From an uncultured Candidatus Rokubacteria bacterium (GTDB lineage Bacteria > Methylomirabilota > Methylomirabilia > Rokubacteriales > DASRDR01): a stretch of 64,000 nt of DNA. Every line of letters begins with the position of its first letter. Positions within the stretch are counted from its first letter, which is position 1. The DNA is taken from the NCBI GenBank assembly GCA_963826115.1, contig CAWGVS010000006.1, positions 64,001 through 128,000 on the forward strand. Reading direction: 5' to 3'. The notes beneath the pieces are model-generated. The model did no database searches. It was not told the DNA's origin and worked only from the letters and a program-made list of their open reading frames with translations. This document shows positions 48,587-56,613 of this stretch, one piece after another. A program made the translations under genes and the position numbers.

Positions 48587-49081
48587 TCAGGCGACGGGCT
48601 CCCTCTCACGCAGGGCGAGCTCGACCCGGAGGGTGGCCGCGTCTCGGCGTAGCGCTGCCAGCTCGCGCTCGAGGGCTTCGAGCCGCGTCGCCTGGGCTTG
48701 CACGAGGCCGTGGAGGCCCTGGATGGCCGCGAGCGCGACTCCGGCCGCGTCGACCGGGAAGATGTGACGGTCGTCCGCGCCGAGGCCGAAGGCCGCGGCG
48801 AAGTCCTGCGCCATCGGCCCGAGATGGCGAGCCGCCTCGCCGCGATAGGACCACCGCTCGATCGGCAGGTGGAGAAGTCCGGCCAGCACCTCGCGGGGGT
48901 CGACCGGCACGAAGCCCTCCTTCAGGGCTCGATCGCTGGTGATGGTCGACGGGCCCGCGGTGGCCGTCGCGATCGTCCCGTGCTCGACCAGGCGGGGCGT
49001 TGCGTAGGGTTTGCGAGCTCCCGCCGGTTGCGGCGGCGGGGGCGTCGCGGGCTGGGGCGTCTCGGCCGGCTTCCGCTCCAT
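48587..49081 (-). CDS. Lasso precursor-Peptidase S74 fusion A1 (164 aa)
   Basis: Hidden at the end of listed ORF 48587..50680; AAGGAG RBS; leader YATPRLVEHGTIATATA, core GPSTITSD, SDRALK, HLGPMAQDF. Confidence 0.88.
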   Translation of the reverse strand: MERKPAETPQPATPPPPQPAGARKPYATPRLVEHGTIATATAGPSTITSDRALKEGFVPVDPREVLAGLLHLPIERWSYRGEAARHLGPMAQDFAAAFGLGADDRHIFPVDAAGVALAAIQGLHGLVQAQATRLEALERELAALRRDAATLRVELALREREPVA

Positions 49082-49137
49082 GGGGTCAGCTCCTTTTCGG
49101 ACGGCGGGTGAACGACGAGCGGGGATGCGCGCGGACC

Positions 49138-51021
49138 TCACGGCGTCGCGCGGCGAAGCCACAGGGTCAGGACGGCGAGCCGCCACACGGCGCGCACCTC
49201 CCGCATCCCGTCCCGTGTCGCGTACGCGCGATAAGTGCGCCGGACGGTCTCCGACGGCACGTACGGGTCGAGCGTGCGCGCGGCCTCGCGCATGAGGACG
49301 TCGAGCCGTTCGCGGCCGTACACGGTGAGCGCCGAGCGGAGCATCAGGTCGATCGGGGCCTTCCCGCGCCGGTCCCGGATCTCGGCAGGCAAGAGCGTGG
49401 CGAGGGCGTGCCGCGCGACGATGCGCGTCAGGCCGCGCCGGATCTTCTGGGACGCCGGGAGCGCGAGGCAGAACTCCATGACCCGGCGGTCGAGGAAGGG
49501 GTCCCGCGAGTCGAGCCCCACCGCGTCGCCGGCGGCGGCCAGCGTTTCCAGGGTGGCCGCCATCCGGGGCGCGGTCAGCTGGCGCCAGTGATCGTAGCGC
49601 GCCCACTCGACGCCGGTCGGCGGCGGCCCGGGCTCCGCCGCCCTGAGCCGCTCGTCGAGCCGGATCCGCCGCGCGAAGTCGGTCCGGATCAGCGGCGGCC
49701 CCAGGACGCCCTGGCGGCGCAGGCGTCGCCAGGCGCGGCGGGCCGGCCGGGGCGCCACCGAGGCCGCGACCATCCGCAGGACGCGCCAGGCCGATCGCTC
49801 GAACGACCGCGAGAACCGGCGCGCCTCTCGGGCGAGCGCCAGCCACCGGCCCTGGCGGGCGAGGTCGCCCAGGTAACCCGTTCCGTGGGAAACGACGACG
49901 TCGCCCCCGGTTCCCTCCAGGAACGTGCGCATCCCGTCGGCGCTCGCCGCGCGGTAGAGCGCCCAGTGCATGTAGTACCCGGGCGCCCTGAACACCTCGT
50001 CCCCCGGCCCGGCCTCGCGCTCGAAATCCCCGAGCGGGTCGAGCACGTCCCCGCGGACGTGGCGCGGCGCGAGCCCGCCGCCCGCCTCGACGGCCGCGAC
50101 GTAGGCGCCCTCGTCGCAGGAGGGGATCGTCGGGAAGCGCGCCGTGTAGGTCGTGAGCGGACCCGTGCCCATCGCCGCTTGGACCGCGCGAGCGACGCAC
50201 ACCACCGCCGAGGAGTCGAGCCCGCCGCTCAGCGCGGCGGCGACGGGGCCCGCGCTGCGGAGGCGGCAGCGCACGGCGTCGGTGAACAGCTCGCGGAACC
50301 GCTCGGCGTACTCGGCGTCCGACCCGAGCCGCAACTCTCGCATCGGGTCGAGCTGCCAGTAGGGTCGCGGCGCGGCGGCGCCGGCCGGGGTCACGATCAG
50401 GGAATGCCCCGCCGGCAACCGGGCGATGTCCTCGTGGAGCGTGGCGGTCCGATTGTCGAGCCCCGGGACGAGGTAGGCGGCGATTCGGAGCTCGTCGATC
50501 CGCCGCGGGACGTCGGGGATCGCGAACAGGGCGGCCGTCCCCGAGGCGGCGGCGAACACGCGCGGGCCGGCATGATAGTAGAGGGGCTTCACGCCCGCCG
50601 GATCGCGCGCGCAGAAGAGCACCCGGCGCCGGGCGTCCCACACGACGAACGCGAAATCGCCCAGGAGCCGCGCCGCGCACGCCTCGCCCCAGCGCTCCCA
50701 GGCGCGGAGGATGAGCGCCCCGTCGCCGAGGTCGTCGGCGCGCCGCGGGTCGAGGTCGAGGGCCGCGGCGAGCTCGGCGCGGTTGTCGAGCCGCGCGTCG
50801 GCGGTGACGACCACCTCGCCGGTGTCGCTCGCCCGGGGCAGCTTCTCCTCGAGGCCCGTGGCGCCGGCCCGGAGCGCCCGGTGGCCGAGGCCGACCGGGC
50901 CGTCCAGCCAGACGCCGACGGCGTCGGCGGCGCGGGGCGCGAGACGCTCGGTGACCCGGTCGAGCGCCAGTCGGTCGAGCGGCGCGCCGTCGAGCCGCCG
51001 GATCGCGGCGATGCCGCTCAT
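49138..51021 (-). CDS. Lasso macrolactam synthetase (asparagine synthetase-like C protein)
   Basis: N-terminus MSG lacks the glutaminase Cys; ARDPAGVKPLYY, LSGGLDSS and DPFLDRRV motifs; ATGA overlap with B2. Confidence 0.9.
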   Translation of the reverse strand: MSGIAAIRRLDGAPLDRLALDRVTERLAPRAADAVGVWLDGPVGLGHRALRAGATGLEEKLPRASDTGEVVVTADARLDNRAELAAALDLDPRRADDLGDGALILRAWERWGEACAARLLGDFAFVVWDARRRVLFCARDPAGVKPLYYHAGPRVFAAASGTAALFAIPDVPRRIDELRIAAYLVPGLDNRTATLHEDIARLPAGHSLIVTPAGAAAPRPYWQLDPMRELRLGSDAEYAERFRELFTDAVRCRLRSAGPVAAALSGGLDSSAVVCVARAVQAAMGTGPLTTYTARFPTIPSCDEGAYVAAVEAGGGLAPRHVRGDVLDPLGDFEREAGPGDEVFRAPGYYMHWALYRAASADGMRTFLEGTGGDVVVSHGTGYLGDLARQGRWLALAREARRFSRSFERSAWRVLRMVAASVAPRPARRAWRRLRRQGVLGPPLIRTDFARRIRLDERLRAAEPGPPPTGVEWARYDHWRQLTAPRMAATLETLAAAGDAVGLDSRDPFLDRRVMEFCLALPASQKIRRGLTRIVARHALATLLPAEIRDRRGKAPIDLMLRSALTVYGRERLDVLMREAARTLDPYVPSETVRRTYRAYATRDGMREVRAVWRLAVLTLWLRRATP

Positions 51022-51452
51022 CGCGGCGTGCCCAGCGCCGACAGGCTCACGTAGCGGGTCTCGACCGGGCCGCCGATCACGACGCGCCCGTCGTGCTCGA
51101 GCCAGGCGTGCGCCTCGAAGCCGCGACCTCCGCCACCGGCCACCCCCAGCTTGAGCTCGCTCGGGTGCCCGTGACGGCCGAGCAGGGCGTGCGCCGCCAG
51201 CGCCCGGACGAGGCACGTCGTCCGCGGCACAAGGCAGTCGGCGGCGCCCACGGCCCAGACGATCCGTTCGACCGACGGTGTCCGGCCCGTCCGTATGCCG
51301 GGGTCATTCGCGAGCGCGCCCACCGCGCCGTGGACGCGCCGGAACGGGAGCACCCACAGTCCGACGCGGACGCCCGCCAGGAGCCCCGCGGCGGCAAGGA
51401 CCAGGCGTTGCTCGGCGGACGGCAGCGCGAGGAATCTAGCGACGCGCCTCAC
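51018..51452 (-). CDS. Lasso B2 leader peptidase (transglutaminase-like)
   Basis: TCLVRALA, LGV and AHAWLE Cys-His catalytic motifs. Confidence 0.92.
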   Translation of the reverse strand: MRRVARFLALPSAEQRLVLAAAGLLAGVRVGLWVLPFRRVHGAVGALANDPGIRTGRTPSVERIVWAVGAADCLVPRTTCLVRALAAHALLGRHGHPSELKLGVAGGGGRGFEAHAWLEHDGRVVIGGPVETRYVSLSALGTPR

Positions 51453-51735
51453 CGGAGACCTCGAGAAGCCCGGCCTCGGCCATGGTCCGGAGGAGGGCGA
51501 GGAGGTCCGCCTCGCAGCGCGCGGAGTCGACCTCGTACTCCCGGAGCAGCGCGTCCCGGACGTCCCGCACGCGCCGCGGCGTCGCGATGAGCTCCCAGAT
51601 GCGGGCTCCGATCGGGTCCAGCCCGTAGTAGACGCCGGCCTTCAGCTGGACGATCGCGACCTCGTCCTCGAGGCGGCAGGAGGCCTGCTCCTTCGAGGCC
51701 ACGACGACCGTGTCGAGCGAGATGGCGCCGTCCAC
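51436..51735 (-). CDS. Lasso B1 / PqqD-family RiPP recognition element
   Basis: GVYYGLDPIGARIWELI...EYEV...ADLLALL...GLL; about 99 aa from GTG 51735. Confidence 0.92.
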   Translation of the reverse strand: MDGAISLDTVVVASKEQASCRLEDEVAIVQLKAGVYYGLDPIGARIWELIATPRRVRDVRDALLREYEVDSARCEADLLALLRTMAEAGLLEVSGEARR

Positions 51736-51778
51736 GGTGTCAGGCGCTCCCCGGCGCGCCGTCGCTCGGCACGGCCCG

Positions 51779-51807
51779 ATCGTATCCCGGTCCCCCGCGC
51801 GCGACAA
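51779..51807 (-). promoter_or_regulatory. Sigma70-like promoter of the lasso operon
   Basis: Minus strand TTGTCG-N17-TACGAT, about 45 nt upstream of B1. Confidence 0.5.
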
Positions 51808-51819
51808 TCGCGCGCGGCG

Positions 51820-53022
51820 CTAGGCCGGGCCGCGGAAGTCGTCCTTCGCGGCCCGGAGCGCGGCCGGGTCGGCCAGGAGGTCGAGGGCGGTCAGCGCGAG
51901 AGCCTTGGCGCCGGCCACCATGCCGGCTCGCGCGAGCGGCGTCGCGTTGTGCTCCGCGAACTCGCGCGAATGGCCCGGTACCCCGTCGGGCGCCGTACGG
52001 ATGTAGGGATGGATCGTGGGGAGGGCCTGGCTCACGTTTCCGGCGTCCGTCGAGCCGTACCCCGCCTGGCCGTCGTCGGGGTCCACGGGAAAGTCGATGC
52101 GCGCGAGGTTTCGCTCGAAGAGATCCGCCATCGGCGCGTTCGGCTTGAGCGGGTCGTGGATCCGCGGATCCACCGTCACCTGGACGCGGCAGCCCGTCGC
52201 CAGGGCCGCGCCCTCCGCGGCCGCCTCGAACCGTCGCCGGATCTCCTGGAGGTACGTCCTGTCGAGCGAGCGGAGGTAGAAGTCCGCGGCGGTGTACTCC
52301 GGGATGATGTTGGGCTGCTGCCCGCCCACCGTGATCACCCCGTGGATGCGCGCGTCGGGGCGGAGCTGCTGCCGCATCGCGTCCAGCGCGTTGAAGAGCC
52401 CGATGACGGCGTTGAGCGCGTTGACCCCGCGCCACGGCCACGACGCCGCGTGCGCCGCGGTGCCGAAGTACTCCACCTTCGCCTTCATGAGCCCGAGGGT
52501 CGGGCGCCAGACCTGGGTGCCGCAGCGCGGGTGGATCATCATGGCCGCGTCGACGTCCTGGAACACGCCCGCGTCCATGAGCTTGACCTTGCCCGCGCCG
52601 CCCTCCTCCGCGGGCGTGCCGACCACCGTGATCCGGCCCGGGTAGGGGAAGTGCCCCCCGGCGAGGCTCGCGGCGGCGACGGCGAGCGCGGCGCCCGCGC
52701 CGGCGCCGGCGGTCGCGATGACGTTATGGCCGCAGGCGTGGCCGATGCCGGGAAGCGCGTCGTACTCGGCCATCACGGCGATCGTCGGGCCGTCGGCCGT
52801 GCCGGGCACCTCGGCGCGGAAGGCGGTCGGCAGGCCGCCCACCCCGCGCTCGACGCGGCAACCCCGGCGCTCGAGGAACTCCGTCAGCCAGCGCGCCGCC
52901 TGCTCCTCCTTGAACGCGAGCTCGGGGTGCGCGTGGATCTGGAGCGCGAGTCGCCAGAGATCCTCGGCCATTCCGTCGACGGCGTCGGTCACGCGGCTCT
53001 TGAGACGGTCCAGGTCGCTCAT
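51820..53022 (-). CDS. M20 amidohydrolase (ACY1L2/AbgB-like)
   Basis: HPELAFKE, EYDALPGIGHACGHN, GTPAEEG and GSTDAGNVS motifs. Confidence 0.9.
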   Translation of the reverse strand: MSDLDRLKSRVTDAVDGMAEDLWRLALQIHAHPELAFKEEQAARWLTEFLERRGCRVERGVGGLPTAFRAEVPGTADGPTIAVMAEYDALPGIGHACGHNVIATAGAGAGAALAVAAASLAGGHFPYPGRITVVGTPAEEGGAGKVKLMDAGVFQDVDAAMMIHPRCGTQVWRPTLGLMKAKVEYFGTAAHAASWPWRGVNALNAVIGLFNALDAMRQQLRPDARIHGVITVGGQQPNIIPEYTAADFYLRSLDRTYLQEIRRRFEAAAEGAALATGCRVQVTVDPRIHDPLKPNAPMADLFERNLARIDFPVDPDDGQAGYGSTDAGNVSQALPTIHPYIRTAPDGVPGHSREFAEHNATPLARAGMVAGAKALALTALDLLADPAALRAAKDDFRGPA

Positions 53023-53118
53023 GGCGGGCCTCCACGGAGGGATCGGGCGAGTGGGGCGCGACTCGGCGCGGGCCGCAGGCTCCCACGCCCGTCCCGCGAC
53101 TGTCAAGGCGACGTCCCG

Positions 53119-54249
53119 TCACCGGCCGGCGGCGCGCCGCGCCTCGGCCCGGCGGCCCGCGGCGATCCGGTCGTCCAGCGATGGGTGCGTGGCGAAGAGG
53201 AGCTCCCGGAGTCGCCCGGGCCGGCGCTCGGCGAGGTTGAGGCGGCCGAGCCGCTCCATGGCGGCGACGAAGGCCGCGGGCGCCCCGCTCACGTCGAGCG
53301 CGATCCGGTCGGCCTCGCGCTCGAGGCGCCGCGACCACGCGGCGATCGGCGGCGTGGCGAGGAGCCCCAGCACGCTGACCACCAGGGCCAGGAACGGCAG
53401 GCCCGCGGGGTCCGCGGGGCCGGCGAGGCCGAGCGACGCGACGCCCATGCGGAGAGCCCGGTCGGCGACCCAGAGGGTCGCGACCAGGAGGGCGCCGTGG
53501 AGCAGGAGACCCTGCGTCATGTGGCTCCGCGCGTGGTGTCCGAGCTCGTGGGCGAGGACGACCTCCACCTCCTCGACGGGGAACTCGCGGAGGAGCGTGT
53601 CGCTCACGAGGATGCGCCGCGTGCGTCCGAGTCCCACCACCGCCGCATTCGCGACGCGGCCCTTGCGCGAGAAGTCGGCAACCAAGACCTCCGCGGCCCG
53701 GACGCCCATCCGCGCGGCGAGCGCGAGGATCCGGGCGCGGAGCTCCCGATCCTCGAGCGGCGTCAGCCGGTAGAAGAGGGGCACGAGCCACACGGGCACC
53801 ACCAAGGTCAGGAGCACGAGGCCCGCCGCCAGCACGCCGCTCGCCCAGAGCCACCACCGCTCCGGGCTCCACTGGAGGAGGCCGTACACCACCTGGGCGG
53901 CGAGGAGCCCGAGCGCGCCGCCGATCGCGAGCGCCTTCGCGCGGTCGCCCAGCCAGCCGGCGAAACGCTGCGTCAGGAGTCCCGCCCGGCGCGGGAGGAC
54001 GAAGCCGCCGACGACGTCGAGCGGAAAGGTCAGGAGCGCCTGCGTGACGCCGAGCGCCAGCGTCATCGTCGCGACGACCGCCGCGGCGGGGAGCCACCCG
54101 TCGAGCCCCGCGGCCAGGCGCGTGGCGGCGCCGCTCCACGCCCACCACACGAGGAGCACGGCGCCGAGCCCGAGGTCGACCAGCGAGAGCGCGAACTGAC
54201 GCCGGTGATACTCGCGGGCCCGGGTGGCCTCCGCGTCGCGCGCGTCCAT
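53119..54249 (-). CDS. M48 Ste24-like membrane metallopeptidase
   Basis: NAAVVG, SDTLL, HELGH, EREAD and THP motifs. Confidence 0.9.
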   Translation of the reverse strand: MDARDAEATRAREYHRRQFALSLVDLGLGAVLLVWWAWSGAATRLAAGLDGWLPAAAVVATMTLALGVTQALLTFPLDVVGGFVLPRRAGLLTQRFAGWLGDRAKALAIGGALGLLAAQVVYGLLQWSPERWWLWASGVLAAGLVLLTLVVPVWLVPLFYRLTPLEDRELRARILALAARMGVRAAEVLVADFSRKGRVANAAVVGLGRTRRILVSDTLLREFPVEEVEVVLAHELGHHARSHMTQGLLLHGALLVATLWVADRALRMGVASLGLAGPADPAGLPFLALVVSVLGLLATPPIAAWSRRLEREADRIALDVSGAPAAFVAAMERLGRLNLAERRPGRLRELLFATHPSLDDRIAAGRRAEARRAAGR

Positions 54250-54310
54250 CGCTTCACAAGCGTAGCGCGGACGCCCGCGCGCGGCCACCCGCGCGCGCCG
54301 CGGTGGTACG

Positions 54311-55552
54311 ATGACTCGCGTGACGAAGCCGCCTCCGGCCGAGCGCCGCGCGCCCGACGTGACCGACGCGCTGGCGCCGGGGGCCGTCGGCGCGGTCCGG
54401 GTGCGCCCGAACACCCGCGTGCTCGGTCTCCTGGCGCTCGGCCACCTCGTGGTCGACATGAACCAGGGGTCGATCGCGCCGCTCTTGCCCTTCTTCAAGT
54501 CGGCCTTCGGGCTGTCCTACGCGGCGTCCGGGGTCATCCTGCTCGTGGGGAACATGACCTCGTCGATCGTCCAGCCGGTGTTCGGCTACCTCGCGGACCG
54601 GGCGCCGCGGCGTTGGCTCCTGCCCTGGGCCGTGCTCCTGTCGGCGGTCGGGGTCGCCGTGGCCGGGGTGGCGCCGTCGTACTGGGGCCTGCTGGCGGTG
54701 GTCGTCGTGTCGGGGCTCGGCGTCGCCGCCTATCACCCCGAGGGCTACCGCACGGCGAACCAGGTCGCGGGCGACCGGAAGGCCACGGGACTGTCGCTCT
54801 TCTCGATCGGCGGGAACATCGGCATCGCCCTCGGGCCGCCGGCGATCGCCTTCCTCGTCCCGCGGTTCGGCCTGCCCGGGACCCTCGGCCTCCTCGGGCC
54901 CGGCCTCGTGGTCGCGGCGCTGATCGCCGCGATCCTGCCGGCGCTCATCGCGGCGCCCGCCAAGAGCGCGCCGGCGCGCACGGCGGGGGAGCGCGGCCGC
55001 GACATGCCGGGGGCCATGGCGCTCCTCATCGGGGTCGTGACCGTGCGGTCGTGGACGCAGCTCGGCCTGATCGCCTACGTGCCCTTCCTCTACGTCGACC
55101 TCCTCGGCAAGGACCCGCGCGTCGCCGGGCCGCTCCTCTTCCTCTTCCTCGGCGCCGGCGCCGTGGGCACGCTCACCGGCGGCCCGATCGCCGACCGCTG
55201 GGGCCCGCGGCGCTATCTCGTCGGGAGCTTCCTCCTGTCGACGCCGCTGATCGCGCTCTTCCTCTGGTGGCCGGGCGGCTGGGTGGCCGCGATCACGCTC
55301 GCGGCGGCCGGCTTCGTCCTGGTGTCGTCGTTCTCGGTGACCGTCGCGCTCGGTCAGGCCTATCTCCCGCGGCGTCTCGGCATGGCGGCCGGCCTGATCG
55401 TGGGGCTGGCCATCGGCACGGGCGGGCTCGGCGTCGCGCTGCTCGGCTGGGTCGCGGACCACTGGGGCCTCTACGCCGCGCTCCACCTGATCGCCGCGCT
55501 CCCGCTCGCCGGCCTCGCCGTCGCGCTCTGTCTGCCCGAGCCCCGGGCCTAA
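54311..55552 (+). CDS. MFS transporter (Fsr-like)
   Basis: GHLVVD, QPVFGYLADR, AYHPEG and FSIGGNIG motifs. Confidence 0.88.
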   Translation: MTRVTKPPPAERRAPDVTDALAPGAVGAVRVRPNTRVLGLLALGHLVVDMNQGSIAPLLPFFKSAFGLSYAASGVILLVGNMTSSIVQPVFGYLADRAPRRWLLPWAVLLSAVGVAVAGVAPSYWGLLAVVVVSGLGVAAYHPEGYRTANQVAGDRKATGLSLFSIGGNIGIALGPPAIAFLVPRFGLPGTLGLLGPGLVVAALIAAILPALIAAPAKSAPARTAGERGRDMPGAMALLIGVVTVRSWTQLGLIAYVPFLYVDLLGKDPRVAGPLLFLFLGAGAVGTLTGGPIADRWGPRRYLVGSFLLSTPLIALFLWWPGGWVAAITLAAAGFVLVSSFSVTVALGQAYLPRRLGMAAGLIVGLAIGTGGLGVALLGWVADHWGLYAALHLIAALPLAGLAVALCLPEPRA

Positions 55553-55663
55553 TCCTGGTATCATGAGCCTTCGTGCCGGAGGGCCGCGGGGCGCGGTAGT
55601 GCGCTCCCGTCGGGGACGCCGCCGGCGAGGCGGGCCCCGCGCCCACTAGCTGAGGAGAAGGGC

Positions 55664-56575
55664 ATGTTCGCGTCCGTCGAGGAAGTCCAGGAGCGGTTCC
55701 AGGCGAGCCGGTACATCGCGAGCCGACGCATCGCCACCGTCGTGTACCTGGCGAGCCGGATGAACCGTCCGGTGCTCGTCGAGGGCCCGGCCGGCGTCGG
55801 GAAGACCGAGCTCGCCAAGGTGCTGGCCGAGACCACGAAGCGGCCCCTGGTGCGCCTCCAGTGCTACGAGGGCCTGGACGAGGCGAAGGCGCTCTACGAG
55901 TGGAAGTACGCCAAGCAGCTCCTCTACACGCAGATGCTGCGGGAGCGGATCGGCGAGCTGATCTCGGACGCGCCCACCTTGCCGGAGGCCGTCGACCGCA
56001 TCGCGCGCCAGGAGGACGCCTTCTTCTCTCGGCGCTTCCTCTCGCCGCGCCCGCTCCTCGGCGCGATCCTGGCCGAGGAGCCGGTCGTGCTCCTCATCGA
56101 CGAGATCGACAAGGCGGAGGTGGAGTTCGAGGCCTTCCTGCTGGAGGTGCTCTCCGACTGGCAGGTGTCGGTGCCGGAGCTCGGCACGATCAAGGCGCGC
56201 CACGTGCCCCTGGTCGTCCTGACCTCCAACAACGCGCGGGAGCTGACCGACGGGCTGAAGCGCCGGTGCCTGCATCTGTTCATCGACTTCCCGAGCGTCG
56301 GCGAGGAGCTGGCGATCATCCGGCTCAAGGTGCCGGAGGCGTCCGAGCAGCTCGCCCGGCAGGTGGTGAGCGCCGTCCAGAAGATCCGGGCGCTCGAGCT
56401 CCGGAAGGCGCCGTCGATCTCGGAGAGCCTCGACTGGGCGCGCGCGCTGGTGATCCTGAATGCCGACCGCCTGGACGCGGCGCTCGTCGAGTCGACGCTC
56501 ACCCTCGTGGTCAAGCACGAGCGCGACCTCGAGCGCGTCAAGGCGAGCCTCGACAAGGTCCTCGCCGACTCGTAG
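55664..56575 (+). CDS. MoxR-family AAA+ ATPase (CoxD-like)
   Basis: EGPAGVGKTELA, RLQCYEGLD, LLIDEIDK and LKRRC motifs. Confidence 0.92.
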   Translation: MFASVEEVQERFQASRYIASRRIATVVYLASRMNRPVLVEGPAGVGKTELAKVLAETTKRPLVRLQCYEGLDEAKALYEWKYAKQLLYTQMLRERIGELISDAPTLPEAVDRIARQEDAFFSRRFLSPRPLLGAILAEEPVVLLIDEIDKAEVEFEAFLLEVLSDWQVSVPELGTIKARHVPLVVLTSNNARELTDGLKRRCLHLFIDFPSVGEELAIIRLKVPEASEQLARQVVSAVQKIRALELRKAPSISESLDWARALVILNADRLDAALVESTLTLVVKHERDLERVKASLDKVLADS

Positions 56576-56613
56576 GCGCGGGCCAGCGGGCGGCCCCTGG
56601 TAGGCTAGTTCCC

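Larger units (their letters stand above)
47270..49081. repeat. Tandem triplication of the precursor gene (about 660-bp period), two copies with homologous upstream spacers
   Basis: Stops at 47270, 47932 and 48587; near-identical S74 DNA; spacers 47801-47931 and 48460-48586 share blocks such as TCCATCTTGCGCCGAGT.GAACGTCCGCTTCAAGGG. Confidence 0.9.

Noticed and set aside
47270-49081. Prophage tail-fibre genes (S74 domains)
   Set aside because: No beta-helix passenger and no phage structural or integrase genes nearby; the N-termini are lasso leaders inside a RiPP operon
48587-50680. 697-aa ORF as a single protein
   Set aside because: The upstream part is an off-frame shadow of the cyclase; only the last 164 codons after an AAGGAG RBS look real
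49138-51021. Housekeeping asparagine synthetase AsnB
   Set aside because: Lacks the N-terminal catalytic Cys (MSG) and is coupled to B2 and an RRE
51436-51735. PQQ biosynthesis (pqqD)
   Set aside because: No pqqA/B/C/E present; the context is lasso-type
51295-55566. 1423-aa ORF and other long Arg/Pro/Gly-rich ORFs (e.g. 2566..4977, 2711..5110, 59270..61864)
   Set aside because: Shadow frames of recognisable genes, expected in high-GC DNA
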